A stretch of 62,677 bases of DNA from positions 1 to 62,677 of IMG/VR virus record IMGVR_UViG_3300021339_000001. The stretch is one strand, 5' to 3'. Of the stretch, positions 53,801 through 62,583 are shown piece by piece (the first letter of the stretch is position 1; the number at the start of each line of letters is the position of its first letter). Below the pieces are notes generated by a model. The model saw nothing but the letters and a program-made list of their open reading frames with translations. It did no database searches and was not told where the DNA came from. The stretch comes from a virus. Made by a program: the position numbers and the translations under genes.

Positions 53801-54163
53801 ATGACATCACTTGTGATCTGGCGCTACGTGATTCCGATCGAGGATCAAGTCGACGTCGAGCTGCCCTACGAGGCCGAGGTGTTGTGGGTCTCGACCGATC
53901 GATCGGGGACGACGGTCGGCGAGCCGGGCGATCCCGTGTTCATCGAGATGTGGTGCTTGGTCGATCCCAACGCGGTGAAGGTCAGCACGCGGTTCTACGT
54001 CCGCGGTACGGGTGACACGTTGGAGACGGATGCTGACTCCTGGTACATGCACCTGGGGACGGTCATGACCCACCGTGGTCGGCTGGTGTGGCATGTGTTC
54101 CAACGCATAGGACACGTTGGCGACGAACTCGAGAACGCACTCGAAGCGGGTGACGCCGAGTGA
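53801..54163 (+). CDS. Hypothetical protein
   Basis: gaaagga RBS. Confidence 0.6.
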   Translation: MTSLVIWRYVIPIEDQVDVELPYEAEVLWVSTDRSGTTVGEPGDPVFIEMWCLVDPNAVKVSTRFYVRGTGDTLETDADSWYMHLGTVMTHRGRLVWHVFQRIGHVGDELENALEAGDAE

Positions 54164-54510
54164 GCGGCGACGTGCGCATTCGGTACTGCAACTACCGCGG
54201 CGAGATCAGTGATCGCACGGTCATTCCGATCGAGTTGTGGTGCGGGCGCACCGAACATCACACGGACAAGCAGTGGTTCTTGGAGGCCGTCGACGTCGAG
54301 CGCGGAGTCACTCGCTCGTTCGTCTTGGACATGATCATGTCGATGTCCGCGCCCATTCAGGTGAGCATGCGTGACTTCACACGCGACTCGCTCGACGGGG
54401 AAAAGCGCGAGGAACGATGCGTCTGCACCGGCCGAAACGGTATGGCAGTACGCTGCACGCGAATCGCCACCGTCGGCGACATCTGCGAGGGCTGCAGGGA
54501 TCACCGGTAG
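54160..54510 (+). CDS. WYL-domain-like protein with C-terminal Cys cluster
   Basis: Pattern YCNYRGEISDRTVIPIELWCG...WFLEAVDVERGVTRSFVLDMI. Confidence 0.55.
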   Translation: MSGDVRIRYCNYRGEISDRTVIPIELWCGRTEHHTDKQWFLEAVDVERGVTRSFVLDMIMSMSAPIQVSMRDFTRDSLDGEKREERCVCTGRNGMAVRCTRIATVGDICEGCRDHR

Positions 54511-54695
54511 TGGACGCGCTCATCGGGTTGGCCGCCTACCTCGGTGCGTGCGCGTTTTTCTTCTGCCTGGGCTACGGAATGGGCACCAACGCGCACGGCG
54601 TTACCCCTGGATTTAGGTGCCCACATTCGGGTGATCCACGGTGCGAGCGCTACGGTTGTCCAGACGATCCCGGTTGGGCAGGTGATAGTCGGTGA
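54510..54695 (+). CDS. Small membrane protein
   Basis: ORF 54417..54695 trimmed to GTG54510 (TAGTG overlap). Confidence 0.45.
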   Translation: MDALIGLAAYLGACAFFFCLGYGMGTNAHGVTPGFRCPHSGDPRCERYGCPDDPGWAGDSR

Positions 54696-55015
54696 AGTTG
54701 CATCTCTATCGGATGTTCTGCCCGGCGTGTGGACACCTGGGTATGACGATCGTCAATCGGGTGCGACAGACCAGGCACATCGCGTGGTCAGCCCGCGTCG
54801 AAGACGGTCCCATCGAGTCGAATCCTGATCTCCAGGGTCGCACCTACGAACGTGTCACCATGATCGCGTGTGCGAACTGCGGTTTCTCGCTCGAATGCGA
54901 GATCGACGACGGCGAGGCCGTCGTCATGATCGAGGTCGTGATTGATCAACCTACGTATGGAACGCGGGCAGTCCTATTTATTAAAGACGGTTCCAGTGGA
55001 CCTATCCCATTCTGA
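54692..55015 (+). CDS. Zn-ribbon hypothetical protein
   Basis: CPACG...CANCG pattern. Confidence 0.55.
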   Translation: MKLHLYRMFCPACGHLGMTIVNRVRQTRHIAWSARVEDGPIESNPDLQGRTYERVTMIACANCGFSLECEIDDGEAVVMIEVVIDQPTYGTRAVLFIKDGSSGPIPF

Positions 55016-55529
55016 CGGCGATGACGCCGAATACACACCGTTTGGCTGGTACATAGGGCCGGACGGCGTTCCGTACGAGCGCACGTGGACGAATATCCGA
55101 GCCGGTAAGATCCCGCTGGACGACCTGGACGACGAAGAACTGTCTCGGTGCGAGCTACGCGACGAGCAGGGAGAGTTCGGTCAGTCACGACGGGTCATGA
55201 GACGCGTGCCGATCGACTACCGCAAGTACGTCGTCGCTCGGCTGCGTATGAGGCTCCAGGAGGAGTTCGAGGAGGCCGCGATACGCGCGAGCCAGGTCTT
55301 CGTCGACGTCATGGAGGGCGCGAACAACGCGACCGCGTCCGAACAGCTTCGTGCGGCGACGTACGTCACCGAGCGCGTGATCGGTAAGGTGCCTGACCGG
55401 CTCGAGGTGAGCGCGGACATGGCCCCGTGGCAGGCTGACATTGCCGAGATCTTGATCGAGATCCCGAACCAGCAGGCCGACGTTCTCGACGCTGAGATCG
55501 TGGATGTCCGACGTGCCTTGGAGGCGTGA
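54996..55529 (+). CDS. Hypothetical protein (helical; small-terminase-like or regulator-like C-terminal pattern)
   Basis: ORF 54942..55529 trimmed to GTG54996. Confidence 0.5.
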   Translation: MDLSHSDGDDAEYTPFGWYIGPDGVPYERTWTNIRAGKIPLDDLDDEELSRCELRDEQGEFGQSRRVMRRVPIDYRKYVVARLRMRLQEEFEEAAIRASQVFVDVMEGANNATASEQLRAATYVTERVIGKVPDRLEVSADMAPWQADIAEILIEIPNQQADVLDAEIVDVRRALEA

Positions 55530-55618
55530 TGAGTTTTGACGCGATCGTCATCACGATCATGGTTGTGCTCATCGTGATCTACATCGTGGGGCTGATGGTG
55601 TTCTGGGATGGGACATGA
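55529..55618 (+). CDS. 29-aa membrane peptide
   Basis: TGATG coupling; MSFDAIVITIMVVLIVIYIVGLMVFWDGT. Confidence 0.35.
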   Translation: MSFDAIVITIMVVLIVIYIVGLMVFWDGT

Positions 55619-55776
55619 TCATTCGTCACGACATTAGGGCCGTGGAGTTGAGTCCGGGCGACGTGATCTGGGAATGCCGCCGGTGCGGCTGGCGGTGGTG
55701 CATCACTATTGGGTTACAGTTACTCCTGAGTCGGCCTTGTCGAATTCAAGGCATTCCTGATAGCGTTAACGGGTAA
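55615..55776 (+). CDS. Possible 53-aa protein
   Basis: ATGA coupling. It overlaps the promoter at 55737..55766. Confidence 0.3.
   Translation: MIIRHDIRAVELSPGDVIWECRRCGWRWCITIGLQLLLSRPCRIQGIPDSVNG
55737..55766 (+). promoter_or_regulatory. Plus-strand promoter (TTGTCG-N18-TAGCGT, TG-extended)
   Basis: The cctgaTAGCGT block is identical to promoter P8. Confidence 0.5.
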
Positions 55777-55804
55777 CGGACGACATGACGAAGGGACCAC
55801 GACG

Positions 55805-56170
55805 ATGCTGAGTAGCGAGTGGGAACGCCCGCTCGAGCGTACCCAACCTGGGGGCATTGAGGTGTGCGGTGAGGTACTACCCTCAGGTCATACCGTGTTC
55901 ATCCGCAGAGTCGTAGGATCGGGCACAAGTGCCGTCCTGACTGTCACGGGTCCGGAGTGGGACGACTTCGTCACGGCGATCAAGGCCGGACAATTCGACC
56001 GCGCGTTGACCGATCTCGAGAAGTACGAGCAACTCAAGAACCGTATGCTGACGTTGTCCGTCGACCTGGGACGACAGGTTCGTGATCACGAAGACGCAGG
56101 CATGTCGGCTATGTCTAGTAAGATCCGTGTCATCGCTGACCGGATCCGCGATCTCGCTGAGATGGAGTGA
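55805..56170 (+). CDS. Hypothetical protein
   Basis: gaaggga RBS. Confidence 0.6.
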   Translation: MLSSEWERPLERTQPGGIEVCGEVLPSGHTVFIRRVVGSGTSAVLTVTGPEWDDFVTAIKAGQFDRALTDLEKYEQLKNRMLTLSVDLGRQVRDHEDAGMSAMSSKIRVIADRIRDLAEME

Positions 56171-56565
56171 CCATGACGAACTCGACTAATCCCCCCAATG
56201 GTGACGTCTGTCGTGACGTCCGTCGGACGAGAACCGTTCGAACGAAGGGCCGGAAGGTCAAGTACGGTGACACGTTGATCCCCCGTGAGTTGCAGATCCT
56301 GCGTCTGATGGCGGAGGGTTTGAGCGACGAACGGATCGGTAAGATCCTCATGATCGCCAAGGACACCGTGAAGACCTACAACCGCTGGATCTTCATCAAG
56401 CTGGGCGTGAACAACCGCACTCAAGCCGTATCACGCGCGTTCGCACCGTGGGGTTTCTCGATCACGCTGCTGGGTCGACTCGTGCCCAACTCACCGCCCT
56501 CCACGCTGGACACATTCGGCGCGCGTTCCACCAGTGCCATGCGTGAGCGGGGTGTGGTCAGGTGA
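56167..56565 (+). CDS. LuxR/GerE-family HTH transcriptional regulator
   Basis: Motif LIPRELQILRLMAEGLSDERIGKILMIAKDTVKTYNRWIFIKLGVNNRTQAV. Confidence 0.8.
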   Translation: MTMTNSTNPPNGDVCRDVRRTRTVRTKGRKVKYGDTLIPRELQILRLMAEGLSDERIGKILMIAKDTVKTYNRWIFIKLGVNNRTQAVSRAFAPWGFSITLLGRLVPNSPPSTLDTFGARSTSAMRERGVVR

Positions 56566-56894
56566 GCGCGGATACCGATCATAAGCTGGGTGTGCTCGAG
56601 GTCCAACGCGGTAAGCTGCGGCACGCCGTGCGCGCGCAGCGCACGGCTGGTTTTGGGTTCGTCGTTGGGATGATCATGGGGATCGGCGGTATCCTGCTCG
56701 CGACCTTCTGCTCCATGATCGGTTTTCCGCTCAGCGGTGAAGTGGCATTCGGACTGATCTGTCCCGGTCTGGTCATGGTGATCGTCAGCGCATTCGCCTG
56801 GGTGGAATTCACCCACCACGTCGACTTGGTGCGCATGGATGTGCTGAACGCCGACACGGCGTGGAGTCGCGCGGTCGAGGAAGAGCACTCGTAG
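56562..56894 (+). CDS. Membrane protein (two TM segments)
   Basis: GTGA overlap; hydrophobic profile. Confidence 0.6.
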   Translation: MSADTDHKLGVLEVQRGKLRHAVRAQRTAGFGFVVGMIMGIGGILLATFCSMIGFPLSGEVAFGLICPGLVMVIVSAFAWVEFTHHVDLVRMDVLNADTAWSRAVEEEHS

Positions 56895-57193
56895 TGGTCA
56901 CCGACGATGGGACTGCATCTATGACCCGAGGAAAACTCACTTGGGAAATGGTGAACCAGAGCGCGATGCACAAGTACTGCAACGCTGATCCGAGGGTCTA
57001 CGACAACGTGACACAGATCGTCCCCAACGACCAGATCCCAGACGAAGACTGGCACGTCGTCGAGCGAGAGAGTGATCTCGCCGACCTCGAGGAGCAGTAC
57101 CGAACCCTGAAGCGCTGGAGCGAGACGGGCGATGAGCCCATCCGCAACGTCAGGCTCTACCGGTCTGAGGAGCCGCAGTGGGTTGAGATCTAG
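56894..57193 (+). CDS. Hypothetical protein
   Basis: ORF 56861..57193 trimmed to GTG56894 (TAGTG overlap). ATG56921 is an alternative start. Confidence 0.5.
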   Translation: MVTDDGTASMTRGKLTWEMVNQSAMHKYCNADPRVYDNVTQIVPNDQIPDEDWHVVERESDLADLEEQYRTLKRWSETGDEPIRNVRLYRSEEPQWVEI

Positions 57194-57265
57194 GCCTCCG
57201 ATAGTCTGGTTACGTGCCCGTTCCCTACTGGCCGTTCGAGAATCTTGATCATAATGTGATCAACC

Positions 57266-57296
57266 AAAACCGCACGACGCTTGATCGTGCGGTTTT
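57266..57296 (+). terminator. Rho-independent (bidirectional-type) terminator
   Basis: 12-bp stem aaaaccgcacga / tcgtgcggtttt, 7-nt loop, T-tract. Confidence 0.8.
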
Positions 57297-57357
57297 GCGT
57301 TATGCGCCGCGACCGGTCTCGTGGTCAACTTGCTACGATCGCCGTGGAGGTGATCGC

Positions 57358-57714
57358 GTGCCGTTGTTGACCGAACTCGTCATACCACAAGGCGAGGATT
57401 GGTCCACGTGGTGGGTGATTCGCGATCCCGATACTCAGGAGACGGTCGACCTGACCGATCCGGGTTTTGTCGCGTTCGGTCAGATCCGCGACGATCTACC
57501 CGAGGGCACCACGCTGCTCCACGAGTGGAGCGCCGAAGAGGACAACGTGTTGCTCGGCGTGGACGGCAAGCTGACGATCTTCGTATCCGCCGACGTCAGC
57601 GCGGAGTGGGAGTGGCGCGTCGCACGCTTCAGCGTGGAGCTGACGTATCCGGTGGATAAGACGTTGCGGGTTGACCAGGGGCGCGTCACCTTATCACGCG
57701 AGATCACCCACTAG
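57358..57714 (+). CDS. Hypothetical (structural?) protein
   Basis: ORF 57214..57714 trimmed to GTG57358 (ggaggtg RBS), because the terminator lies inside the longer ORF. Confidence 0.6.
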   Translation: MPLLTELVIPQGEDWSTWWVIRDPDTQETVDLTDPGFVAFGQIRDDLPEGTTLLHEWSAEEDNVLLGVDGKLTIFVSADVSAEWEWRVARFSVELTYPVDKTLRVDQGRVTLSREITH

Positions 57715-57723
57715 GGAGCCGAG

Positions 57724-57930
57724 ATGTCGTGCAGTAAGGGCTGCTGCGAGTCGCAGGCCGCGCACTACCGGTCGCTGCACGTAGCGGGCCCCGATCGGGG
57801 GTCGATGACCAAGGTGACGACCGACAAACACGACACCCACCAGGTGGACGTGACCGAACACTGGCACGATCAGCAGGACGTGCTGATTCGGCCCGAGACA
57901 TTGAAGTTGAAGATCCGAACGGAACAGTAG
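57724..57930 (+). CDS. Hypothetical protein
   Basis: gggag RBS. Confidence 0.5.
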   Translation: MSCSKGCCESQAAHYRSLHVAGPDRGSMTKVTTDKHDTHQVDVTEHWHDQQDVLIRPETLKLKIRTEQ

Positions 57931-57938
57931 GAGTCCGT

Positions 57939-58433
57939 ATGGCCATCACCGTGCACGGGATCTACGTCGACACGTACGTCCGACAACTCAAGCAACAGAC
58001 GTGGACCGGTACGGGCGGCCTGGATCACACGCTTGCCACGTGGAAGTGGGCGCTCTACACCGACTCACTCACCCCGAACTTCTCTGCGACGTCTCCCTCC
58101 TACTCGGCCACCAACGAGGTCAGTGGCACCGGTTGGGCAGCCGGTGGAGTGCTGTTGTCGGTCGCCGCCGCAGGTGGGACATCCGTCGTTCCGCTGCTTG
58201 CGGAGGGCACGGCGGGTTCCATTCGCTACGACTGGACGAATGACATGGCGGTAGCCGGTACCACGCTGACGAACGCCAAGGGTGGCATTCTCTACGCGGA
58301 CCCGATCACGGCGCCGTACGCCGACCCCCTGGTCTACCTGTGTAACTTCGGCGCGAACTACTCCACCGTGAACGGTGTGTTCGGCATCTCGCCGTCGGCG
58401 ACTGGGTTCTTCGAGATCGACATCGTCGGGTAG
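57939..58433 (+). CDS. Hypothetical structural-type protein
   Basis: aggag RBS; Gly/Thr/Ala-rich beta-type composition. Confidence 0.6.
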   Translation: MAITVHGIYVDTYVRQLKQQTWTGTGGLDHTLATWKWALYTDSLTPNFSATSPSYSATNEVSGTGWAAGGVLLSVAAAGGTSVVPLLAEGTAGSIRYDWTNDMAVAGTTLTNAKGGILYADPITAPYADPLVYLCNFGANYSTVNGVFGISPSATGFFEIDIVG

Positions 58434-59249
58434 GTGGCCAGTTCGCAAAGCGTGCTGTTGCGCGGACAGCCGGAGCCCGAATCTGGGATCATCACCCACG
58501 GAATTCAGCTCACTCCAGCGAACACCGGTTACCCGACCGATACCACGTTCACCGTGTGGAGCGGTGGGACATCTGATCAGACGAACGACTGGGATTTCAC
58601 CAACATGCGGTTCCCTGACCTCGGGGACTACTACACGTTTGGTGGCGACGACGACACGTTTACGAACTGCCACTTCCAGGCAGGCACGTTGTTCGCACTT
58701 GCGGACAACCTGACGCTCGTCAACTGCCTATTTGACGGCGGCGTCGCGTGGTCGTCGTGCAACACGGTCAGCATGACCGGTTGTCGGGTGATCAACGGCA
58801 GCGATCTTATGCACATTACAGGTGATCAACCGGGTCGAACGCAGTGCAACGACATCACGATCGTCGAGACGCTGGTTCACCTACCGTTGGCGGTTCCGGG
58901 CCACACCGACGGGCTTCAGATTCGTGGTGTTAACGGTTTCACATTGCTTCGCAGCGCGTTGGACATGGGCGAGTGGTTTCAGGTCGGCGGTGAAGACGTT
59001 CTCAACGCCGCATTTTTCCCGGAAGGTGGCAACGGCGGCAACCAGAACATGTTGCTTGATTCGTGCTACTTCAACGGCGGTGGTTACACCGTTCGAGTTC
59101 GCGCCGCGACGGGGACCTACGAGATCAAGGATTGCATCTTTGGCCCTGACGCGCAGTTTGGTCAGGTGACGCGCGAGGACGGTGGCGAGTCACAGATCGT
59201 CACGCAATCCGGTAACACGCTCTGGAACGGCACTCCCGTTACCATCTAG
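58434..59249 (+). CDS. Right-handed beta-helix (pectate-lyase-like) protein, depolymerase/tailspike candidate
   Basis: Periodic NCHFQAG / NCLFDGG / GCRVINGS rungs. Confidence 0.55.
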   Translation: MASSQSVLLRGQPEPESGIITHGIQLTPANTGYPTDTTFTVWSGGTSDQTNDWDFTNMRFPDLGDYYTFGGDDDTFTNCHFQAGTLFALADNLTLVNCLFDGGVAWSSCNTVSMTGCRVINGSDLMHITGDQPGRTQCNDITIVETLVHLPLAVPGHTDGLQIRGVNGFTLLRSALDMGEWFQVGGEDVLNAAFFPEGGNGGNQNMLLDSCYFNGGGYTVRVRAATGTYEIKDCIFGPDAQFGQVTREDGGESQIVTQSGNTLWNGTPVTI

Positions 59250-59258
59250 GAGGACGAC

Positions 59259-61079
59259 GTGGCAGCACCGACGTTCGTCGCCGAATATGGTGACGTGTGG
59301 AACAACGGAACGACACCTAAGACCGCGTCGGTGACGACCGCCGTAGGTGACGTTCTCGTTGTAGGTGCGGGTTCGGAGGCGTCCTCCGTCGTACTCGGTG
59401 CGCCGACCGGCGGAAGCGGGACGTACGTCCAACAAGAATCCCTCGGGCCCGCGAGTAACTGCCGTGGACTGGTGCACACCGCCGTTACGGGAGTCAGTGC
59501 GCAGACGTACACCCTGTCGCAGACGAGCGACAGTCCCGGTGTCTGGTGGGGCAACTCGTGCATTCGATTCAGCGGCTCGGATGGCGTCGGCGCCGCTGAG
59601 TCGGGTAGTGGCACGGGGGCTCCGTCGTTGAGTATCACGACGACGCAGGCGGACAGCGCGATCGTGGTGTACGTGTTCGACTGGAACGCGGTAGCGGGCG
59701 GTAGCCGCGCGTGGAGGGCTGTTAACGGGACGACGCCGACGTCGATCAACACGTTTGAGCGAACATACTTCACCGATGGCGCGCATTACACGTGTTACGC
59801 GGCCTACTACCCGAACGCGGGCGCGATCGGCGCTAAGACGGTCGGATTGACCGCGCCGACCGGCCAGACATACGTCATCTTCGCCGTTGAGGTCAAGGGC
59901 ACGTCCTCTGGCACGAGCGTGTCGATCACGCCGCCCGTGTTGAGCTGCGGTACGACGTTCTCGAGCGCGACGACGCGAGCGGGCATCACGATCTCGCCCA
60001 GTAAGCTGATGGGGAACACCACGTTTGGCAGTGCGGGCGTCATCATTGGGACGAACGCGACCGTGACGCCGAGCGTGTTCAACGCGAGTACCACCTTCAA
60101 CTCAACCACGCTCCAAGCTGGAAGTCGTGTCACTCCTGTGACGTTGACGACCATCACCAGCTTCAACTTGACCACGCCTCAGGCTGGAAGTCGCGTAAAT
60201 CCGACCACGCTCTCAGTGTCGACGAGCTTCAACTCAGCCACGACGCGAGCCGGATCTACCGTCACGCCCAGCACGCTGTCCACGTCGTCGACGTTTCCGA
60301 CGTTTGAGGCCACGGTCGGATCCACGATCGAACCCACCGTGTTTGCCAACGGCACGACGTTCAACTCCTCGACCGTCACCACCGGATCGAACGCCTCGAT
60401 CGCGCCCACGACGGGTAGTTTCGGCGCGACGTTCCACACCCCGAGTGGTCGTGCTGACCAACGGGTATCGCCGAGCACGTCGTCGACCGGTACGACCTTC
60501 TCGAGTGTCACGGTCTCAACCGGCTCAAGCGTGCAGATCGCGTCGACGACGCTGTCCACGGGTACGACGTTCGGCGGACTGACGTTCCGCGCTGACGCCC
60601 GACTCAGTGTCACGAAATTGGACGGTACGGCGGCGTTCTACGCACCGGGCATCACCAGTAGCTCGGGTATCGTGATCAACCCCACGACGTTGCACGTTGG
60701 CGTGCTGTTCACGGGTGCTTCGGTTCGAACCGGGTCAACGCTGGTGCCGCTGACGTTCACCGCTGGTACGTCGTTCAACCCCGTCACCTTGACGACCGGT
60801 ACGACGGTGGCACCGGTCGGTTTGGCGACCGGTACGACGTTCAGCGCGCCGACGATCACGACCGGCTCACACGTGTTGGTGCAACCGACGACGCACGCGG
60901 TCGGTATCTTGTTCGGATCGCCTACGTTGCGTACCGACGCGAGGGTGACGCCGCTCACCGCTGACTTCGGCGCGACGTTCTCACCAATCGTGCACGAATC
61001 AACGCCAACCGAGCCACCGATCGTCACGGGCCCATTCTCGCTTCGACGATTCGAGATCAGCGGTCCGTTTCACGAATGA
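59259..61079 (+). CDS. Fibre-like protein with about 16 tandem ~22-aa repeats
   Basis: Repeat consensus P-x-T-L-x-x-x-T-x-F-x-x-x-T-x-x-x-G-S-x-V-x from about aa 225 to 585. Confidence 0.7.
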   Translation: MAAPTFVAEYGDVWNNGTTPKTASVTTAVGDVLVVGAGSEASSVVLGAPTGGSGTYVQQESLGPASNCRGLVHTAVTGVSAQTYTLSQTSDSPGVWWGNSCIRFSGSDGVGAAESGSGTGAPSLSITTTQADSAIVVYVFDWNAVAGGSRAWRAVNGTTPTSINTFERTYFTDGAHYTCYAAYYPNAGAIGAKTVGLTAPTGQTYVIFAVEVKGTSSGTSVSITPPVLSCGTTFSSATTRAGITISPSKLMGNTTFGSAGVIIGTNATVTPSVFNASTTFNSTTLQAGSRVTPVTLTTITSFNLTTPQAGSRVNPTTLSVSTSFNSATTRAGSTVTPSTLSTSSTFPTFEATVGSTIEPTVFANGTTFNSSTVTTGSNASIAPTTGSFGATFHTPSGRADQRVSPSTSSTGTTFSSVTVSTGSSVQIASTTLSTGTTFGGLTFRADARLSVTKLDGTAAFYAPGITSSSGIVINPTTLHVGVLFTGASVRTGSTLVPLTFTAGTSFNPVTLTTGTTVAPVGLATGTTFSAPTITTGSHVLVQPTTHAVGILFGSPTLRTDARVTPLTADFGATFSPIVHESTPTEPPIVTGPFSLRRFEISGPFHE

Positions 61080-61099
61080 GTTGACTCTCGGGTTCCTAG

Positions 61100-61127
61100 T
61101 TGACAGCATGGACGAACCTGTTAACGT
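61100..61127 (+). promoter_or_regulatory. Plus-strand promoter upstream of the tRNA pair (TTGACA-N16-TAACGT)
   Basis: Consensus -35, and the same -10 hexamer as P1, P6 and P9. Confidence 0.55.
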
Positions 61128-61359
61128 TGTCATCGTCAGCCGAACGGAACTAACCAGCCGCTCAGCCTGAACGGTCCCTCCGAACGACTGGTAGATCGGA
61201 GCGCGAAATCTCATAAGCGATACGGTGAGACGGAGTCTTCACTGTCGAAACGTGTGAGGGGTTTTTCACCAGGTTTGACCTCATCCAAACCGGCGCCCCC
61301 GGGTGAATCGTCGTGGTAGCGATTTGCGTCGGGGGACCTAAACTTCCACCCGGGAGATA

Positions 61360-61395
61360 GGTGAACGGAGCAGCCGCGAGACTGCTCCGTTCACC
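61360..61395 (+). other. Perfect 14-bp hairpin 5 nt upstream of tRNA-Met
   Basis: Stem ggtgaacggagcag / ctgctccgttcacc, 8-nt loop, no T-tract. Confidence 0.8.
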
Positions 61396-61399
61396 GTAA

Positions 61400-61473
61400 C
61401 GCGGTGTAGGGCAGCTCGGCAGCCCGCCTGGCTCATAACCAGGAGGTCGTGGGTTCGAATCCCACCACCGCAA
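61400..61473 (+). tRNA. tRNA with CAU anticodon (Met, or Ile2 if lysidinylated); C1-A72 mismatch
   Basis: Manual cloverleaf: cgcggtg-ta-gggc..gccc-g-cctgg-CTCATAA-ccagg-aggtc-gtggg-TTCGAAT-cccac-caccgca-a. Confidence 0.85.
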
Positions 61474-61520
61474 CGGAACGGCGTGGGTTTCCATCGCTGG
61501 TCTACCACGTCGTTTCACCA

Positions 61521-61592
61521 CGGAATCGGGGAGGATGGTAATCCACTCGCTTTGGGAGCGAGTTACACCGGGTTCGATTCCCGGGGTTCCGA
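61521..61592 (+). tRNA. tRNA-Pro (UGG)
   Basis: Manual cloverleaf: acceptor cggaatc / ggttccg (one G-U), anticodon arm ctcgc-TTTGGGA-gcgag, T arm ccggg-TTCGATT-cccgg. It has G8 and a 3-bp D stem. Confidence 0.7.
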
Positions 61593-61744
61593 CGCCAGCT
61601 ATGGGATAGAAATCGTGCCTGAGATGTTGGGACAAGTTAGAAGACATCGCCGTAAGGTTCCCAAATGCTAATCCGCTGGCAGGCCGGGAGATAGTCTGCT
61701 GCTAAGCTGAAGCTGAACGACACGAGACGAAAGGACAGGGGATC

Positions 61745-62491
61745 GTGGGATCATTAGCTGCGGTCATTGCGGTACGCGATGACCTCAAGGCCAAGTCACT
61801 GCGTGAGTTCACCGACGTGCACCGACTGTCACAGCGGTCTGAGCCGATGACGGGCCTCATTCGGGTCTACACGCCGACCGACGACGACGGCGAGAAGCTG
61901 CCGCCTGAGTCGACCCGGGTGCAGACGAACTGCCACAACATCCTGGGGACGGTTCGCGACTCGCTCTCTCGTCTCATGGACGTGGAGCTGACGCAGGACG
62001 TGGCCAACACGTCGGCGAAGGCGGACGTGATCGTTCGCGACGTCACGTTGCTCCGCGACGTGCCGGTGACCTACCTGCTCTTCCTCGAGAAGAAGCTGGT
62101 GGACCTGCGGACGTTCGTCCTGAAGATGCTGGTTCTCGACCCGGCGTTCGAGTGGTCGTGGGATGCTGATCTCGGTGCGTACAAGACACCGGTCGTCGGC
62201 ACCACCCGTACGAAGAAGGTGCCGTTCGCGTTCGAGAAGGCGCCCGCCACCGATCGTCACCCAGCGCAGGTCGACGTCTACCAGACGGACGTGATCGTCG
62301 GCACCTGGTCGACCACTCGTCTCTCGGGCGCCATTCCCTCGAGCGATCGCGACGAGATCTTGTCGCGCATCGACATGCTGACCGTCGCCGTCAAGGAGGC
62401 GCGTTCGCGGGGCAACGCGATCGAGGCGACGCCTGTCACGGCGGCTGACACGCTGTTCGAGTTCCTCTGGGAGGGCTCACTGGTTGGATGA
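61745..62491 (+). CDS. Hypothetical protein (248 aa) lying between the tRNAs and the tRNA-mimic locus
   Basis: gaaagga RBS with GTG start. No family recognised by eye. Confidence 0.7.
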   Translation: MGSLAAVIAVRDDLKAKSLREFTDVHRLSQRSEPMTGLIRVYTPTDDDGEKLPPESTRVQTNCHNILGTVRDSLSRLMDVELTQDVANTSAKADVIVRDVTLLRDVPVTYLLFLEKKLVDLRTFVLKMLVLDPAFEWSWDADLGAYKTPVVGTTRTKKVPFAFEKAPATDRHPAQVDVYQTDVIVGTWSTTRLSGAIPSSDRDEILSRIDMLTVAVKEARSRGNAIEATPVTAADTLFEFLWEGSLVG

Positions 62492-62494
62492 CCC

Positions 62495-62534
62495 GTTCAG
62501 CGCTGGTGTTGCTAACGTTTTCCCGGCGCTGAAC
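62495..62534 (+). other. 12-bp stem-loop just after the 61745..62491 stop
   Basis: Stem gttcagcgctgg / ccggcgctgaac (one G-U), 16-nt loop, no T-tract. Confidence 0.6.
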
Positions 62535-62538
62535 GTAG

Positions 62539-62583
62539 CCTCGTGGGGGACCGGCTTCCCCCTGTTGACGGTCCCCCACGAGG
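62539..62583 (+). other. Perfect 12-bp stem-loop whose loop holds the -35 of the ncRNA promoter and the window junction
   Basis: Stem cctcgtggggga / tcccccacgagg, 21-nt loop. Confidence 0.7.

Noticed and set aside
61162-61647. 161-aa minus-strand ORF.
   Set aside because: It covers both tRNA genes and the 14-bp hairpin.
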